NCBI RefSeq assembly: GCF_018977255.1
Contig: NW_024704742.1
Span: 20,400,001 to 20,464,000 of the forward strand
DNA: 64,000 nt
Source: Callorhinchus milii
Lineage: Eukaryota
Direction: 5' to 3'
Positions 25,105 through 37,721 of this stretch are shown here, piece by piece. A program made the translations under genes and the position numbers. Below the pieces are notes generated by a model. That model ran no database searches. It saw only the letters and a program-made list of their open reading frames with translations, and had not been told where the DNA came from. Numbering within the stretch: the first letter of the stretch is position 1; each line of letters opens with the position of its first letter.

Positions 25105-25557
25105 GGGCTCTAATGTTTGGTGATTGGTAACCAGCATTGATTTAGATTCACAAATAGGGAATCCTGATAGCAACCAGAAACCACATTGAACACAGGAACG
25201 CCAGTCTGATAAGAGTTCCTGAGGGTCAATGTGGCGCAGTTCCAGTGATCAGTAGGTGTCAGGCCTGTCTTATTTGTAGGACTCTTGCCTCTGAATCAGA
25301 AGATTGTGGGTCCAAGCCCCACATCGTAACCTTAGGTTATAGTTCTAGTGCAATGCTATGTGAGTACTGAATTGTTAGAGGTGCGGTTCTTTGGGTGAAA
25401 CATTAAAACGAGGTCTTGTCTGCCTGTTCAATTGGATGTTAAAAATCCCTTGGCACTATATAAAAAGCGATGAATTATTATCATAATAGGATTCCCTATT
25501 TGTGCTTGGGAGTCTAGATCAATGACTCTCGTTACCAATCGCTGCAGATTAGACACC
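25105..25557. mobile_element. Palindromic (MITE-like) element interrupted by SINE B
   Basis: GATTGGTAAC/GTTACCAATC, CACAAATAGGGAATCCT/AGGATTCCCTATTTGTG, CCACATTGA..CAGGAAC/GTTCCTG..TCAATGTGG are nested inverted pairs. Confidence 0.75.
25257..25466 (+). mobile_element. SINE B 5' half
   Basis: CTCTTGCCTCTGAATCAGAAGATTGTGGGTCCAAGCCCC..CTTGTCTGCCTGTTCA..ATCCCTTGGCACTAT. Confidence 0.8.
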
Positions 25558-26454
25558 GCTACCAATAATACCAGTGCCATGCTGAAATTTGTGGCATTGA
25601 TGCCAAAAGTACAATATAAAACTGTCAGCGTGGCATTAAATCAGAATGAACCTCATGTTATTTTGGCTTCACACCATCAATGTCAGGTTGGAACCATGAT
25701 TGCCTCCTGTAGTGTCATTCTACTGTTTCGAGTTAGGGCTTTCTATCAGAAGAAAATCTCCCAGCAGTGATTGGACACTAAGTAGTCCTCTGTGCACTTG
25801 CTTGCTTACAGTGCATGCGAGTGGAGCTCATTCAACCCTCAGAGTGCAGTTAAGTACAGCTCCTCACAATGTTGGCACCTGAAGCTGCAGATGCTGTGTA
25901 AAGACCAGTCCAATTTGCCAACACCACCACAGGGCTCTTCTGGCTTTTAATAAATCAAAGCAGCATTTTGGAAGTGGAGCTCGGAATTATGTTAATCTGA
26001 TAGTTAACTTTCACAGCCAGTTCTTTGAGCAGCGACTAATAGCACTTGTGTGAGGCATCGGTCTTTAGAAAAGATCTGTGCCATCGTTGAGTCTTGTGAT
26101 CTGTAACCAGTAAAACAAGATTGTGTCTGTGCTGACTCGGAAGGCTGGGACATTGAATGATAGAAGGGTTGCAAAGCTTGGGGAAACTCTAGAATTCAAA
26201 ACTCCGAAAACAATAAAATCGTAATACTTTCATTTCCCTAAAGCGTAAATACCTTTCTTTTTTTTAAAAAAGGCAGAGGGACAAGTACAATTCACTGAGG
26301 ATTACACATATAGTACAAGTACATTTCCCAGTGAGGGGAAGCACTCACATGCACAAGTCATATGCACAGAAAAATGTGTCATTGATCAGGAAGGTTACAT
26401 TGGGCCACAAAGCTTTGATTTGGGGAATTATAGTTACACGGGTAAATAAACAGG

Positions 26455-26830
26455 TGCCAGGCCTGATTCAGTTGATAGCATTCTCACCTCTGAGTCAGAA
26501 GGTTATGAGTTCAAACTCCACATAGGGTCTTTGAGCTCATATACATTGAGCTGAGTCTCCAATACAGTGTTGGGAGAATGGGTCCTTCAGATGAGACTTT
26601 AAACTGAAGTCCTACTTATGTGGAAGTTAAGGATCACACGTACTATTCAAAAAGAGAATTATCCTGGACAACAACCCATCCAAATAAAATTGGTCATTCA
26701 CCTCCTGACTGTTTGTGAGTCATTGCTATGTGCAAATTGACTGCTGTGTTTGCTCACAAAATACAGTCACTATATTTTACAGCATATCCTGTGAAGCATT
26801 TTGAGATGTTCTTTCAACTTGAAAGGCAAT
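26455..26830 (+). mobile_element. SINE B
   Basis: GCCTGATTCAGTTGATAGCATTCTCACCTCTGAGTCAGAAGG head through TGAAAGGCA tail. Confidence 0.8.
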
Positions 26831-27128
26831 AATAATAATCCTTGCATTTCATATAGCGCTTTACACATTATCTAGACGTCTCAAGGTGCTTCACAGAATA
26901 TACTGTAAAGTGAATTGACTATATATTTGTCGGCGAAACGCGGCAGTCAATTGCTCACAGCAGTGTCTCACAAACAGTTGTGGATTGAGTGACCAAGTTA
27001 TTATTTTTTTCTTGAGGGATTATTATCAGGCATGTGGAGTAAGGAAACTTGCTCAAGGCTTCGTCCTCCCGGGAATCGAACCCAGGTGTCTCGCTTGTGA
27101 GGCAAGAGCTCTAACCACTGAGCTCCAA
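26828..27128 (-). mobile_element. SINE A, short (centrally deleted) form
   Basis: GGGATTATTATCAGGCATGTGGAGTAAGG junction lacks the ~60 bp central segment. Confidence 0.88.
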
Positions 27129-27258
27129 TACAATAGATCAAATGTAAGGATGATGAGGATGAAACTATCCAATACAAATCAAACCTACACTCGTCTATAC
27201 TAAGCTTACAAGTTATTCTTTCCCTAGTGCCTTGATTCGTCAATATGTGTCTTAATTC

Positions 27259-27519
27259 AACAACAACTACAATAAATTGCATTTATATAGCGCCTTTCAC
27301 GTTGGGAGGAAAGCCACTATGCTCCAAATCTCTGGAACTCTTTGCTCAATCCCTCCATCTTGCCCCTTCATTGCCCATCTTCAAATCACACTTTCCTCTT
27401 CGATTCTGCCTTTGGTCACTTCCCTCTCTTTCCAGCTCGGTGTCAAACCACACCGCTGTTAAGCACTCTGAGATGCTACCTGCGTGAAGGACCTGTATAA
27501 ATGTAATATGTTGTTGTTG
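27259..27519. mobile_element. Two oppositely oriented L2 3' fragments
   Basis: Minus tail 27259-27310 ((CAA)n..GCGCCTTTCACGTTGGGAGGA); plus 3' end 27312-27519 ending in (TTG)n. Confidence 0.7.
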
Positions 27520-28129
27520 ATTAGAAATATAATGTCAATAAAAAAATAGTTTGCCTTCCATACAATTTTATTATGCCTCGGTAACACTCTTTTTCATTTA
27601 ATCAATTATAAAGCACTATCGGGATATTTATTTTTAAGTGAAAGATGTTGTAGAAATGCCATTTATTATTATTAACTATTATTTTATCTCGCCATTTTGA
27701 CAGGTTGTACATATCTGTTATTTTAAGCTTCAGTGCACCCTCACAAACAACTGGAAAATGTTGAATGGTTCAGTTGTAATAAAGCCAATGAATCAATTTG
27801 CTGTTAACAGGAGAATGATGCAAACAGATAAACTAGGGGAATACTGCCAGTTATAGCTTGCTTTCGCTCTGGATAAGAATTTGAATTCTTGATACTCACA
27901 AACAGGCGAGAGACTTTTCAGTGTTTATTTCAATAACATTAAGAATCTTGACGGCCTGGAAAATGTTTAAGTTTAAAAGCTGTATTCACATGAACTGGTC
28001 ATTTATAATGCAGTTGATGTTATTTATAATTGCAGCCAAAGTGATTAAGGCTATCTCCCTGAAGTATTGATGCTACCTGCCTGAACTGGGGTCAGTATGA
28101 CTAAAACTGAATTATATTAGTATTATAAT

Positions 28130-28420
28130 TCTTATTAATCCTAACACTTGACGTAGCACTTTTTACATCCATAAGACGTCACAAAGTGCTTTGCTGGATA
28201 TACTGTAAAATGCCATGATGTCTTTAATCAGGCAGATAGGTCCTTGGTTTAACATCTCATCTGAAGGATGGCCCCTCTGACAATGGAGTGCCTCCCCCAG
28301 CACTGCCCTGGAGTGTCAGCCTCTATAGACTATATGGGTTCCAAATCTTGACACAGGGATTGAAAGCACAATTTTCTGACTCAGCAGCAAGAGCGCTACC
28401 AACAGAGCAAGGCTGGCATA
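28130..28420 (-). mobile_element. SINE B, internally deleted
   Basis: CTCATCTGAAGGATGG..GGAGTGTCAGCC..TTCTGACTCAG..GAGCAAGGCTGGCA. Confidence 0.75.
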
Positions 28421-29199
28421 CAGAGGTTGCACCAAGTCCACACGGTAATGACATAGAATCAGCACTAATTAAGTCAGATAAGTGGACCATTGGAGATAGA
28501 ACATAAAACATTTCCAGCAGAGAAGGAAGTCTTTTTGGGCTGTTGTGTCTGTGCTCTTGTTTGCTCAACCACTTGAGCTGCCTGTTCTAATCCTATTCCC
28601 CCATAACTTTAACATTATTTTTTCTGAAATATCTGTGCAAAACCCTTTAAATGCCATTATGGACTCAGCTTCCAAAAATAATAAAATGCACAATGCGCCA
28701 CTTTCAATATTATGATATGAAAATGATTAATCTGGTTACAGAGTGTATGCCTCTGCCTATAACATACGCTGATTTCTGGCATAAAAAGTATTTATTTAAT
28801 TATGTGTGTTCTAATACATTATGCGTGCAAATCATCAGAGTGCAATACATTGTTTCAATATGTATTTACTATTTGGTGAGTCCATGTTTACAGAATCTAA
28901 ATTGTATAACTACAATGACTCATACTTCCACTGAGTGTACTCAATTTGCAGCTGTAATTTCTACAAAAAACTATTAAAGTCTACTTTTACACCCAAGTCT
29001 GTTATTTATGAACTTAAGAAATTCTGAAAACAATACGCTGGGGAAGGTGACATTGTAAACGGTTTCAACATCACACGTCTGCATTTGGTAAACGAACAAC
29101 CACAGTGTTTTTTATGTTCAAGCTTTACAACTCTCTACAAATAAATATTCCAGGCTTTCAAGTAAACCAACAGGCACATTGTCTAACTAGCCTCCAATC

Positions 29200-29527
29200 G
29201 GAGTCCTGTAGCTCAGTGGTTAGAGCACTCGCTTTGCAAGTGAGAGACCTGAGTTCAATTCCAGGCAGGTCAGGGCGAAACCTTGGGCAAGTTTCCTTAC
29301 TCCACACAGAGCCTAATAATAATCCCTCCAAAACCAAAAACAATATTAAATTGGTAATTTTCAATCTACGACTGTTTGTGGGACATTGCTGTGCGCAATT
29401 GGCTGCCGCGTTCGCCCACAAATATACAGTCAATTCACTTTACAGTGTGTTTCTGTGAAGCGCTTTAGGATGTCCTCCCGACGTGAAAAGCGCTATATCA
29501 AATGCAAGGATTATTATTATTATTATT
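29200..29527 (+). mobile_element. SINE A, short form, young subfamily
   Basis: GGAGTCCTGTAGCTCAGTGGTTAGAGCACTCGCTTTGCAAG (TGC anticodon loop); tail GTCCTCCCGACGTGAAAAGCGC; nearly identical to 46298 and 47749 copies. Confidence 0.92.
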
Positions 29528-31694
29528 AACCGTGCTTTCAACTTTCTATGTTGTTGAAAAAATGCAAGAAGCTTTGGCGTTTGCCTTTGTAGAGTTCTAA
29601 CACTCTTAAACTAAAAGCCAGAGACAACTTAACCTTGTATCCATAACTCTGATGTTTCACTTAAAATTTAAGCAGATGCTAAGTCATACTGCATCAACGA
29701 ACCAGTTATGTTAACACAGAGGAGGTCTAATTTGACTAATATGTGTTGGGTGAAGGGCCTACTCTAGTAATCAACCTCCTGAACATTCTGTAAAATGGCT
29801 ATGTTGAATTTTTGCCAAAAGAGTATTTCAAGTAAAACCACACAATTTATCGCTCAGCTTTGCAGTGTCATCTTAGAAGAATCATGAATCACCCATGAAT
29901 TATTTTCAAGCTAACGGGTTATGGTCGATGAACAACAGCAATGTTTAACTCGACCAACATTTCACCAGGCGATCAGATTGCCATATTCAGATGGGATTCA
30001 TTAAGAAGTAATTTTACAGATGAGAGTTAAATTGCGTTCTCAAATACTGAATGATGCGACACACCTAAACTATCAAAGAACAAATAGATGCAACAACGCA
30101 TGAAAATTGCAATCAACTTTAAAATTCTCCACTAATACACATTAACAGTAGGATTTTTCAAAACTGTATATGAAAGGGTTCAAACAATAATAATAATTGT
30201 TACATTTGATATACAACCTTATCAGATCATCAAAACATCTCCAAGTATTTTAGGAATTCATGGTAAAGTGTAGTGACTGTGTAGGAAAATTATTTTAGTG
30301 TTTTTCTTCTAATAACAAAATGGGTACTAGGTATTTGATACTGAGCCAGGCAAAGTAAGCTTTGGCAATATAAACTGGTTTCAGTTGAGGAAGTGGTGGG
30401 GTCATTGCAATTAACTACTTTGTTTACGAGCTAGGAGTGGACCCACTTGGGTTGACTAGGAAAATTCTGCTTGCTATATGACTCAGATTTAGCTTGTTGG
30501 CATTTGCTTTCTGGGATCACTTTGGGCTAGTGAATGCCTATGGAACTGTAAACACCCTCTTCCTCCGGTGCCCCCAACTCCCACACCCCGCATCTCCAAG
30601 GGTCAATGTCTTCAGGAGAGAATGAAAGAAGACTGCAGAGAAACCTATAAAATGATGTACAACACAAAGAATGGATATGAAACTTCACATTAAAAATAAA
30701 TGCCTATAAAATACAGTCACTGCACATGACAGAAAATTTGGTGAAGCATTGTGAGGCGTCCTCCCAATATGAAAGGCGCTATATCAAATGCAGGGACTAT
30801 TATTAATAATAATTGTCACCTAGACATTGGTGGTTTCTCTTTCCAAAGGGCTGAAATTCCAGTCAGCAAAAGCTACATATATCTTGACAGGTATTTTGGT
30901 CCTCTAGTGCCAAGTCCAAACCCTTGGCACATGTCACTTTTGTGCAAGTCCTGCTTGTTATCGGATACGTAAGCAATAAACATTGTTCAGCGTATTTTGT
31001 TTAGAATTGGATTTCATGAGCTATTACCAAGGTGCTGACCCAAGACATCTCACTAAGGTGTTGTCTAATGACTGGAGGGAAAGAAATATCTCAACTGCAT
31101 CTGTATCTGTGACCTCTGAATCTTATTGATTGAAGTTAGACTTGAAATCTTCAAACATATGTCAATTTAGATATAATGCTGCAGAACAGGAATTTGAATC
31201 TGTCTTTGTTGCAACAGACCGTAGCATTGCTTCAGTTTACACTGTGAAATTAACCTTGTTGAACAGATGCTCTGCTGATGGAAGCTTTCAGACATTTGCA
31301 ATGATCCACTGTAGTATATGCAAATAATATTCCATGGGTGCTGATCTGATATAAAGGAAAGGATGGCTAAAGTCACAGATCTATGATTCATGGTCAAGTC
31401 CATTCCTCTTCTAACATGTTGTTATTCAGAAAACAACATTATTTGTGCAGTGAAACACACTGATGAGAGATTTTACTACAGTAGTTCCATTATGGTAATG
31501 ATGTTTTTGAGTCAATACATTTATTTTTCATTTTTTTTCCATCCACTGCTCCCAGCAAATATACATATTTATTGTGTAAGAAATGGATTTTTNAATAAAT
31601 ATGTTTTTTTTAAATGAACTCAGTTTGACCAAGCAAATATTATACTTGGCTACATTTTCCAACTGTGCATAAAGTATTGATCACTGTGATGATC

Positions 31695-31925
31695 AAGTTC
31701 CCATGACACTATTCGAAAAGAGAATAAATTTCTCTCGGTGTCCTGACCAACAATCCTTCAGATAAAGTTTATTTCATGGCTCTTTGTGGGACACTGCTGT
31801 GTGCAAATTGGCTCCTGTATTAGCCTACAAATACACAGTCAATGCATTTCACAGCAAATTATGTGAAACACTTTGAGACTTTCAAATGTGATAAGACACT
31901 ATATCAAATGCAAGGACTATTATTA
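31695..31925 (+). mobile_element. SINE B 3' half
   Basis: CCCATGACACTATTCGAAAAGAG..GGGACACTGCTGTGTGCAAATTGG..ATCAAATGCAAGG. Confidence 0.8.
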
Positions 31926-32556
31926 TTTTGTACAACAGAATAATTGTTTAATAAATCCCTGTTTATCGTTACCATTCAGCGGAATCTAGGCCACTTTTAA
32001 AGAGCTTTTGTTATCCCTAAAAATAATTATCTTGCATTGTATAAGCTAAATATCTTCATCTAATCAAATGTTCCAGGCAGTTTTAATAATACATTATATC
32101 TTGATCTAAATTGTAAACCATTTTCATTTCTCTTGTAATCCACTGGATACCAGATCTAAAAAATTGGCCTTTGATTGGAAGAAACATTCGTTCAACTGTC
32201 ATAGGTTTCTGGCACACAAAAATACTTTTTGAAGGAGAATCACTGGATAGTGAGTAACAGTGGAATCCCCAGCAGTGCTTTTCATATTGAATAACAGTAA
32301 ATTACATTTGTATCATGCCTTTCACACAAAAGAAACATCTTGAAGCACTTTACATATGAGATTACAGCAATTAGAAATGAAGTGAATGTTATTCTGGAGG
32401 CAACTAATCTGTCTCAGCGACATCCAACAAAGAGCACTTAGCTCTTAGAATGATTGGGGGTGAATTTACAAGAGGAGGGAATATAAGGTAGGATAACTGG
32501 GAGGAAAAGTCCACTTTGAAACCGAGCAACAGGAAAGGGAGAGTGCCAACAGGTTT

Positions 32557-32924
32557 TAATAATCTTTCCATTTGATATAGCGCCTTATCACTTCACTGAG
32601 ATGTCTCAAAGCACTTTACAGAATATAGTGTAAAAGTAATTGTCTGTATTGTTAGAGGGCGAAATGTAGCAGCCAATTGCGCACAGCAGTGTCCCACAAA
32701 CAGTCGTGGATTGATTGACCAATTTATTATTATTATTTTGTTTTAAAGGGATTATTACCCTCAGAAAGCGAGCAACCAATCACCAAACAACTGGGTTCCT
32801 ACTTACTGCTAAGTAAACCGAAGTGTGTGGGATAAGGAAACTTGCCTAAGGTTTTCGCCCTGTCCAGGAATCGAACCCGGACCCTCTCACTTGCAAGATG
32901 AATCTTTAACCACTACAGGACTCC
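32557..32924 (-). mobile_element. SINE A, long form
   Basis: Collinear with the 2336 copy; ends CTACAGGACTCC. Confidence 0.88.
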
Positions 32925-33769
32925 AATAGTTTAATGGTTGCAGTAGGAAGATGACTGCAACTTGTGCTTATAAGGGCCATGAAAAGCTGGAGAGACTGAC
33001 AATAACATCCATTGCAAAACCAGACTGTGTGGCCAGAACGTTCCACTGGCTCCTTACCACAATCTCAATTCCAGCTCATCCATATCTCCAAAGGCTTGTT
33101 CAGATGAGTCAGGAAAAAGCAAGTGCTGTGAGAGGCTGAGTTGATGAGCCAGCGAAGGACAGATCTTTCAGCACTTTCAGCTCTAACCCCTGACACTAGA
33201 GTCACTCAACACATTCATTTCTTTCTTTCCTACCCCTTAAATCAATCAATGGTAGATAATCACATTCATTGATCACTGAAAACTGATCTTTTTTTCTTTT
33301 TGTTATGTCTTTTGGAGAGATTTCCTGTTGTAACGATTTAGTGCAAAAATCACTATTTCTAGTGATCGGCTTATGTGACATCCCGTTGTGCCATCAGGAG
33401 CAGGGTGGAAGCAAAACAATGATATTTTAGGGCATTTTCTTTCCTACAGTGGCAGTAGTACCATCAAACATTTTAGCACACTGTGAGAAACATAGTCAGT
33501 CCAGTTACTGAAAATGTTTACATTGCTTGAGTTACAGTAAGTGACATTTACTATTTGTTTTTTTACCAGTGTGTTTATGGTAGCAGTCTACGTAGTGATT
33601 GGCATCAGAAAAGAGTATGATTTGGGGTACAGTTTCAGAGACACTGCCCCTCCCACCCAGCTCACGTCAGAAGGTTATTCAACAAAATCAAATTTGTGCC
33701 TTTTCTTATGGTGTCCACAAGATCACAAGAGGAGTTCTGATGTAGAAAGTATTTCAGTCCATTTGATCT

Positions 33770-34190
33770 CATCCTTCCAGAATACCCATCCTACCATCAC
33801 AGCATCAAAACTTTTTTTTCGTACGAGTTCAGTATCCTGGCCACCTTTCCTGGCAACCTGTTCCATTGTTAATTTGTCTCTGGATAAAAATATACTTCCT
33901 GGTGTCTGTCCTGGAATTGTCATTTGGAACTCTAAACCTGTGTCCTCTTGTCTATGTATCTTGATGTATCCAAAAGTGTGATTCTGAGTTTACTTTTTCA
34001 CCTGCATTTAAAATTCTTGAGGTCCCTTCTGAAAAGTCTCCTTTCAAGACTGCAGAGCCTGAGCTGGTTTAATTTGTTGCACAAAGCTCATTCCTCTAAC
34101 ATTAGAGTTCATAATCGTTGTTCTCCTCTGCACTGCGGGCAGGGCAGTCCTTTTACTCGTGGTGACCAGAACTGTACACAATCCTCCTTC
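33770..34190 (-). mobile_element. Degraded CR1 ORF2 3' relic
   Basis: GGTGACCAGAACTGTACACAATCCTCC (reverse complement encodes EDCVQFWSP, CR1 LEYCVQFWSP-like); GCAACCTGTTCCA near the 3' side. Confidence 0.65.
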
Positions 34191-34299
34191 ATGCACACAC
34201 ATTTCTAACAGTGGTTACTTAATGATCAGAAATAAGAACGCAGGCTGGATTGCCCCGCTCTCAGACTGGGAAAGACTGAAGGCATAGAAAGTAGGAAAG

Positions 34300-34529
34300 C
34301 AGTTGTTAAGTTGATTGGCGGATTGCTTTCTGGTCGTAAAAATCCCTTCCAAAAAATACATAAACAAAATAATAATTTAATCAAATAATAATTTGGTTTG
34401 TGAGATACTGCTGTGCGCAATTGAACAAAATATACAGTATACACTTTACACTATACTCTGTGAGGTGCTCTGAGACATCTCAACAATGTGATAAAGCGCT
34501 ATATCAAATGCAAAGATTATTATTATTAT
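34300..34529 (+). mobile_element. SINE A partial
   Basis: GTTGTTAAGTTGATTGGCGGATTGCTTT..GCGCTATATCAAATGCAAAGATTATT. Confidence 0.75.
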
Positions 34530-36649
34530 AGAACCAGGACCAAATCTGGTTGTTTGGCCCAGTAGCAAAACACAGAGTTATCAAGGGAGATCTAAGAGCA
34601 CAAATGTAAATGGTTTAAAATATTGTTTTACACAGATAATGAGTAGTTACAGGTTCTTATATGGGGCTATTTTCTCTCTTCACTTTTGACAGCTGGAACA
34701 AAGTAGGGCGAAGCAGGTTGAGTGGATTCAAGGGTCAGGCAGACACATTTCTCATTTTCACATGTTATTTCACATGTTGGTGGCTGTGATGTGGTGGCCT
34801 GGAAAGAAATACCCCACACAAAAAAGTATAAATCTATTTATCAATATTTTTGTCAAGTGGTCCATCGTATGCATGAGTCAGTGAATGGGGTATATATGCC
34901 TGAGTTGAAGGCTCAGTGGAGTGAAAGTCTAAATCAGAAGTATTAATTCATTCAAATATTTGGTTTCTGTGTCTCTGTCTCTGTCACAGATCAGACATGA
35001 TCTGCAGATCGGCCATGAATGGCAGAACAGGCTCAAGGGGCTGTGTGGCCTACACTTGTTTCTATGTCACACCGACAAGAGGATTTCTTTCTGAGTGGCA
35101 TTACTAGCTGTCTGTGAAAAGTAAATTGGAAGCAAGACGGAAACAGGGCAAACTGACTATGGCTATTTGCAGTTTTTGCCAATATTAATAGTGTAGAATT
35201 TTATTACTGACGTGCTGAGTTCACTATTTTCTTTCCAATGTCTTGCTGGGCTGCCAACTTTGTTGCTGAAGATGTAAATATTCATTTGAAGACATTCTTC
35301 AGCAAATTATTTTCTCCACCGTATTCAAAACTGCTGATCTGCAAACTGCCACTTAACAAGGGATTGGATTACAGGAACCTACAGGCCCTGTAAATGATTT
35401 ACAAACACTCCAAAAACCGCAGGGTGTGCATATACATCGTATTTCTGAAAACCAGTGACCAGACTTGATGTAGAGGAGACAAGATGGGAGGCCATAAGAT
35501 TACCTCTTAAGATATTATTTCCACCAACTTTTACCTTAGCTCAAATGGACTGGAATTGGAACAGGTAGCCAGAAGGGTGGATGAAGGCAGGACACTAAAA
35601 GCAGCTTCCATTCTTACAACCTGGAAGTAACGACTATTATGAGCACTATGAGGCCTGGGATAGCCGCTGTTTGATCCCCAATTAGCTCAACTTTCCTAGA
35701 CCTTAAAGTTCACAATTTTTAGAGCTCATATCTCATTCCCGGCTTATCTCAACCAGGTGGCTCTTGTCAAATGTCTTCTTCGTTCTTTTGTCTTTGGTTT
35801 CATTCACACCTCCTCACTTCAGCCTCCTTATTGTTTGGAGTCAGTAATCTGACTGCTGATGGTCAGTGTTCTTGCTTCTTGCTTTCTCCTGATTGGATGT
35901 CATTTTGTTCTCCCTTCCTGCTATTATAGAGTAAATATTGCTTCAGGAATTTCCAAATCCAGGACCCGGTTTTCTTTATTTCTCACTGATCAGCTTTCTT
36001 GTCTCTACTTCTTTCTTGCAACAATCATTCTCTTACCACTCTGAGAATAAAAAGCTTTGACTTAAACACAGACTTGGGTCAGACAGCTATACTGTTTGGT
36101 TGTATTGCTCTGCAGCAGGCCTGTATTGTCTGCATTTCCGATCAATTTGAATCCAGCCTTAAATTCCTTTATTACGTTTCCACAGAAAGGACATAAAGCA
36201 TTTTACTTTCAAAGTCAGCCGTTTGTGAAAATATAAATGGTTCAGATATTGTGAATGATCACAGATTCTCCGTTTATTGTATCAGTTTTGCCTGTTAATA
36301 GATAGTTTTAAAGTACCATCAAATGTCTTTCCAGTAGCATCATTTACCTGACACTTAAGGAGCGAAGAAAGTACTTATTGAAGGTATGTCTAATACTGAT
36401 GTGAAGAAAATGGGCCAGAGACATAGGCAGAGGGAGCAGTCTTCCAATTCAACTGGTGAAGTTGGATTGTTACGGAATCCAGTGCATTGCATGGTTCATT
36501 TGAGCAATGCAGTAAAATAGCATAAAATTGGAGCAAATCAATCTGCATGTATCTCTGCATTATTAGCTCAGAGTAAACTGTCCTTGAATGTCCAGCTCTA
36601 AACATAAACATCCAATTTGACTCATCTTTAAAGTCTCCTCTTATATTTT

Positions 36650-36970
36650 AATGATAATAATCCTTTCTGGTGTAGTGCTTTGTTCACATTGTCAAAGCGC
36701 TAGCCCGGATCTCAAAAGACTTTATAGGTTAAACTGGAAAGTGGTGTGACTGTTGATTGTTTGGGTGAACACAGAAGTCCGGTTGTACCAATGTCGCACA
36801 AACAGCCACGGAGTGAATGACCAATTTCATTTGGGGGATTGTTGGCCAGAACACAGGAGAAACTCCCTTCACTTTTCAAATACTGCCACGGGCTCTTTGT
36901 TGCTGAAGACCCAACCCACAATCTTCAGCCTCAGGTGTGTTAATGCCACCAACTGAGCCAGACAGACACA
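36650..36970 (-). mobile_element. SINE B, internally deleted
   Basis: GTTGGCCAGAACACAGGAGAAACTCCCTTC; head CCAACTGAGCCAGACAGACA. Confidence 0.7.
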
Positions 36971-37297
36971 TTAATGGGAGGGAGAAGATCAAAAACGGAA
37001 TAACCAGAGAAATTCTACATAACACAGATAAAGGGTAAGATGCTCAGGGTTCTCGATTAATATTAATCTGAACTATTTTTTATGAGTGAGATCAAATAAA
37101 TTGGGATTGCAAATGTAAATACTGAGTGTAAATAGGAAAACAATTATATAAACATTCATTTGGACACCATAAAGCTACTAGCAGTTCATGTAAAATCAAT
37201 TTTGTGCAGAGACAATACAAAATAATAAACATTCTTATACAGAATTTATGAGTGTGTTCTCATATAAATAAAAAGCACAATGAAGGTGGGTGGGTAG

Positions 37298-37721
37298 GAA
37301 TTCAAGATCCTCATCCTCACCTACAAGGCCATTCACGGCCTTGCTCCTTCCTACCTCTCTGACCTACTATCCCCCTACCTACCTGCCCGAACTCTCCGTT
37401 CCTCTGGCTCCGGTCTGCTCTACATCCCCCGCCCCTACCATCGGTGGCCGGGCCTTCAGCCTCTCAGCCCCGAGGCTCTGGAACTCTATCCCCAGTGCCT
37501 TCGCCGCTTCCTCCCTTTCCTCCTTCAAGGCCGGTCTGAAGACCTTTCTCTTTGACTGTGCCTTCAGCTCCTCTCTCGACTCTCTACCCCCTCCTCGCTC
37601 CCCTTCCCTCCCCTCACCCTGACCACTTCCCCCTTGTTCAGGTCCTGACCCAACTGTACAGCGCTTTGGGTCATCCTCCCAACGTGAAAGGTGCTCTATA
37701 AATGGAATCTTGTTGTTGTTG
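37298..37721 (+). mobile_element. L2 LINE 3' fragment
   Basis: FKILILTYKAIHGLAPSYL and GGRAFS..APRLWNS..FKAGLKTFLF; tail CATCCTCCCAACGTGAAAGG..(TTG)n. Confidence 0.92.

Noticed and set aside
29200..29270. tRNA-Ala gene
   Set aside because: It is a SINE head: no complete acceptor stem, and it continues into the SINE body in many copies
31593..31593. Single N base
   Set aside because: Assembly ambiguity, no biological meaning
35263..35305. TTGCTGAAGATGT/ACATTCTTCAGCAA hairpin as a pre-miRNA
   Set aside because: Stem only ~13 bp and does not extend
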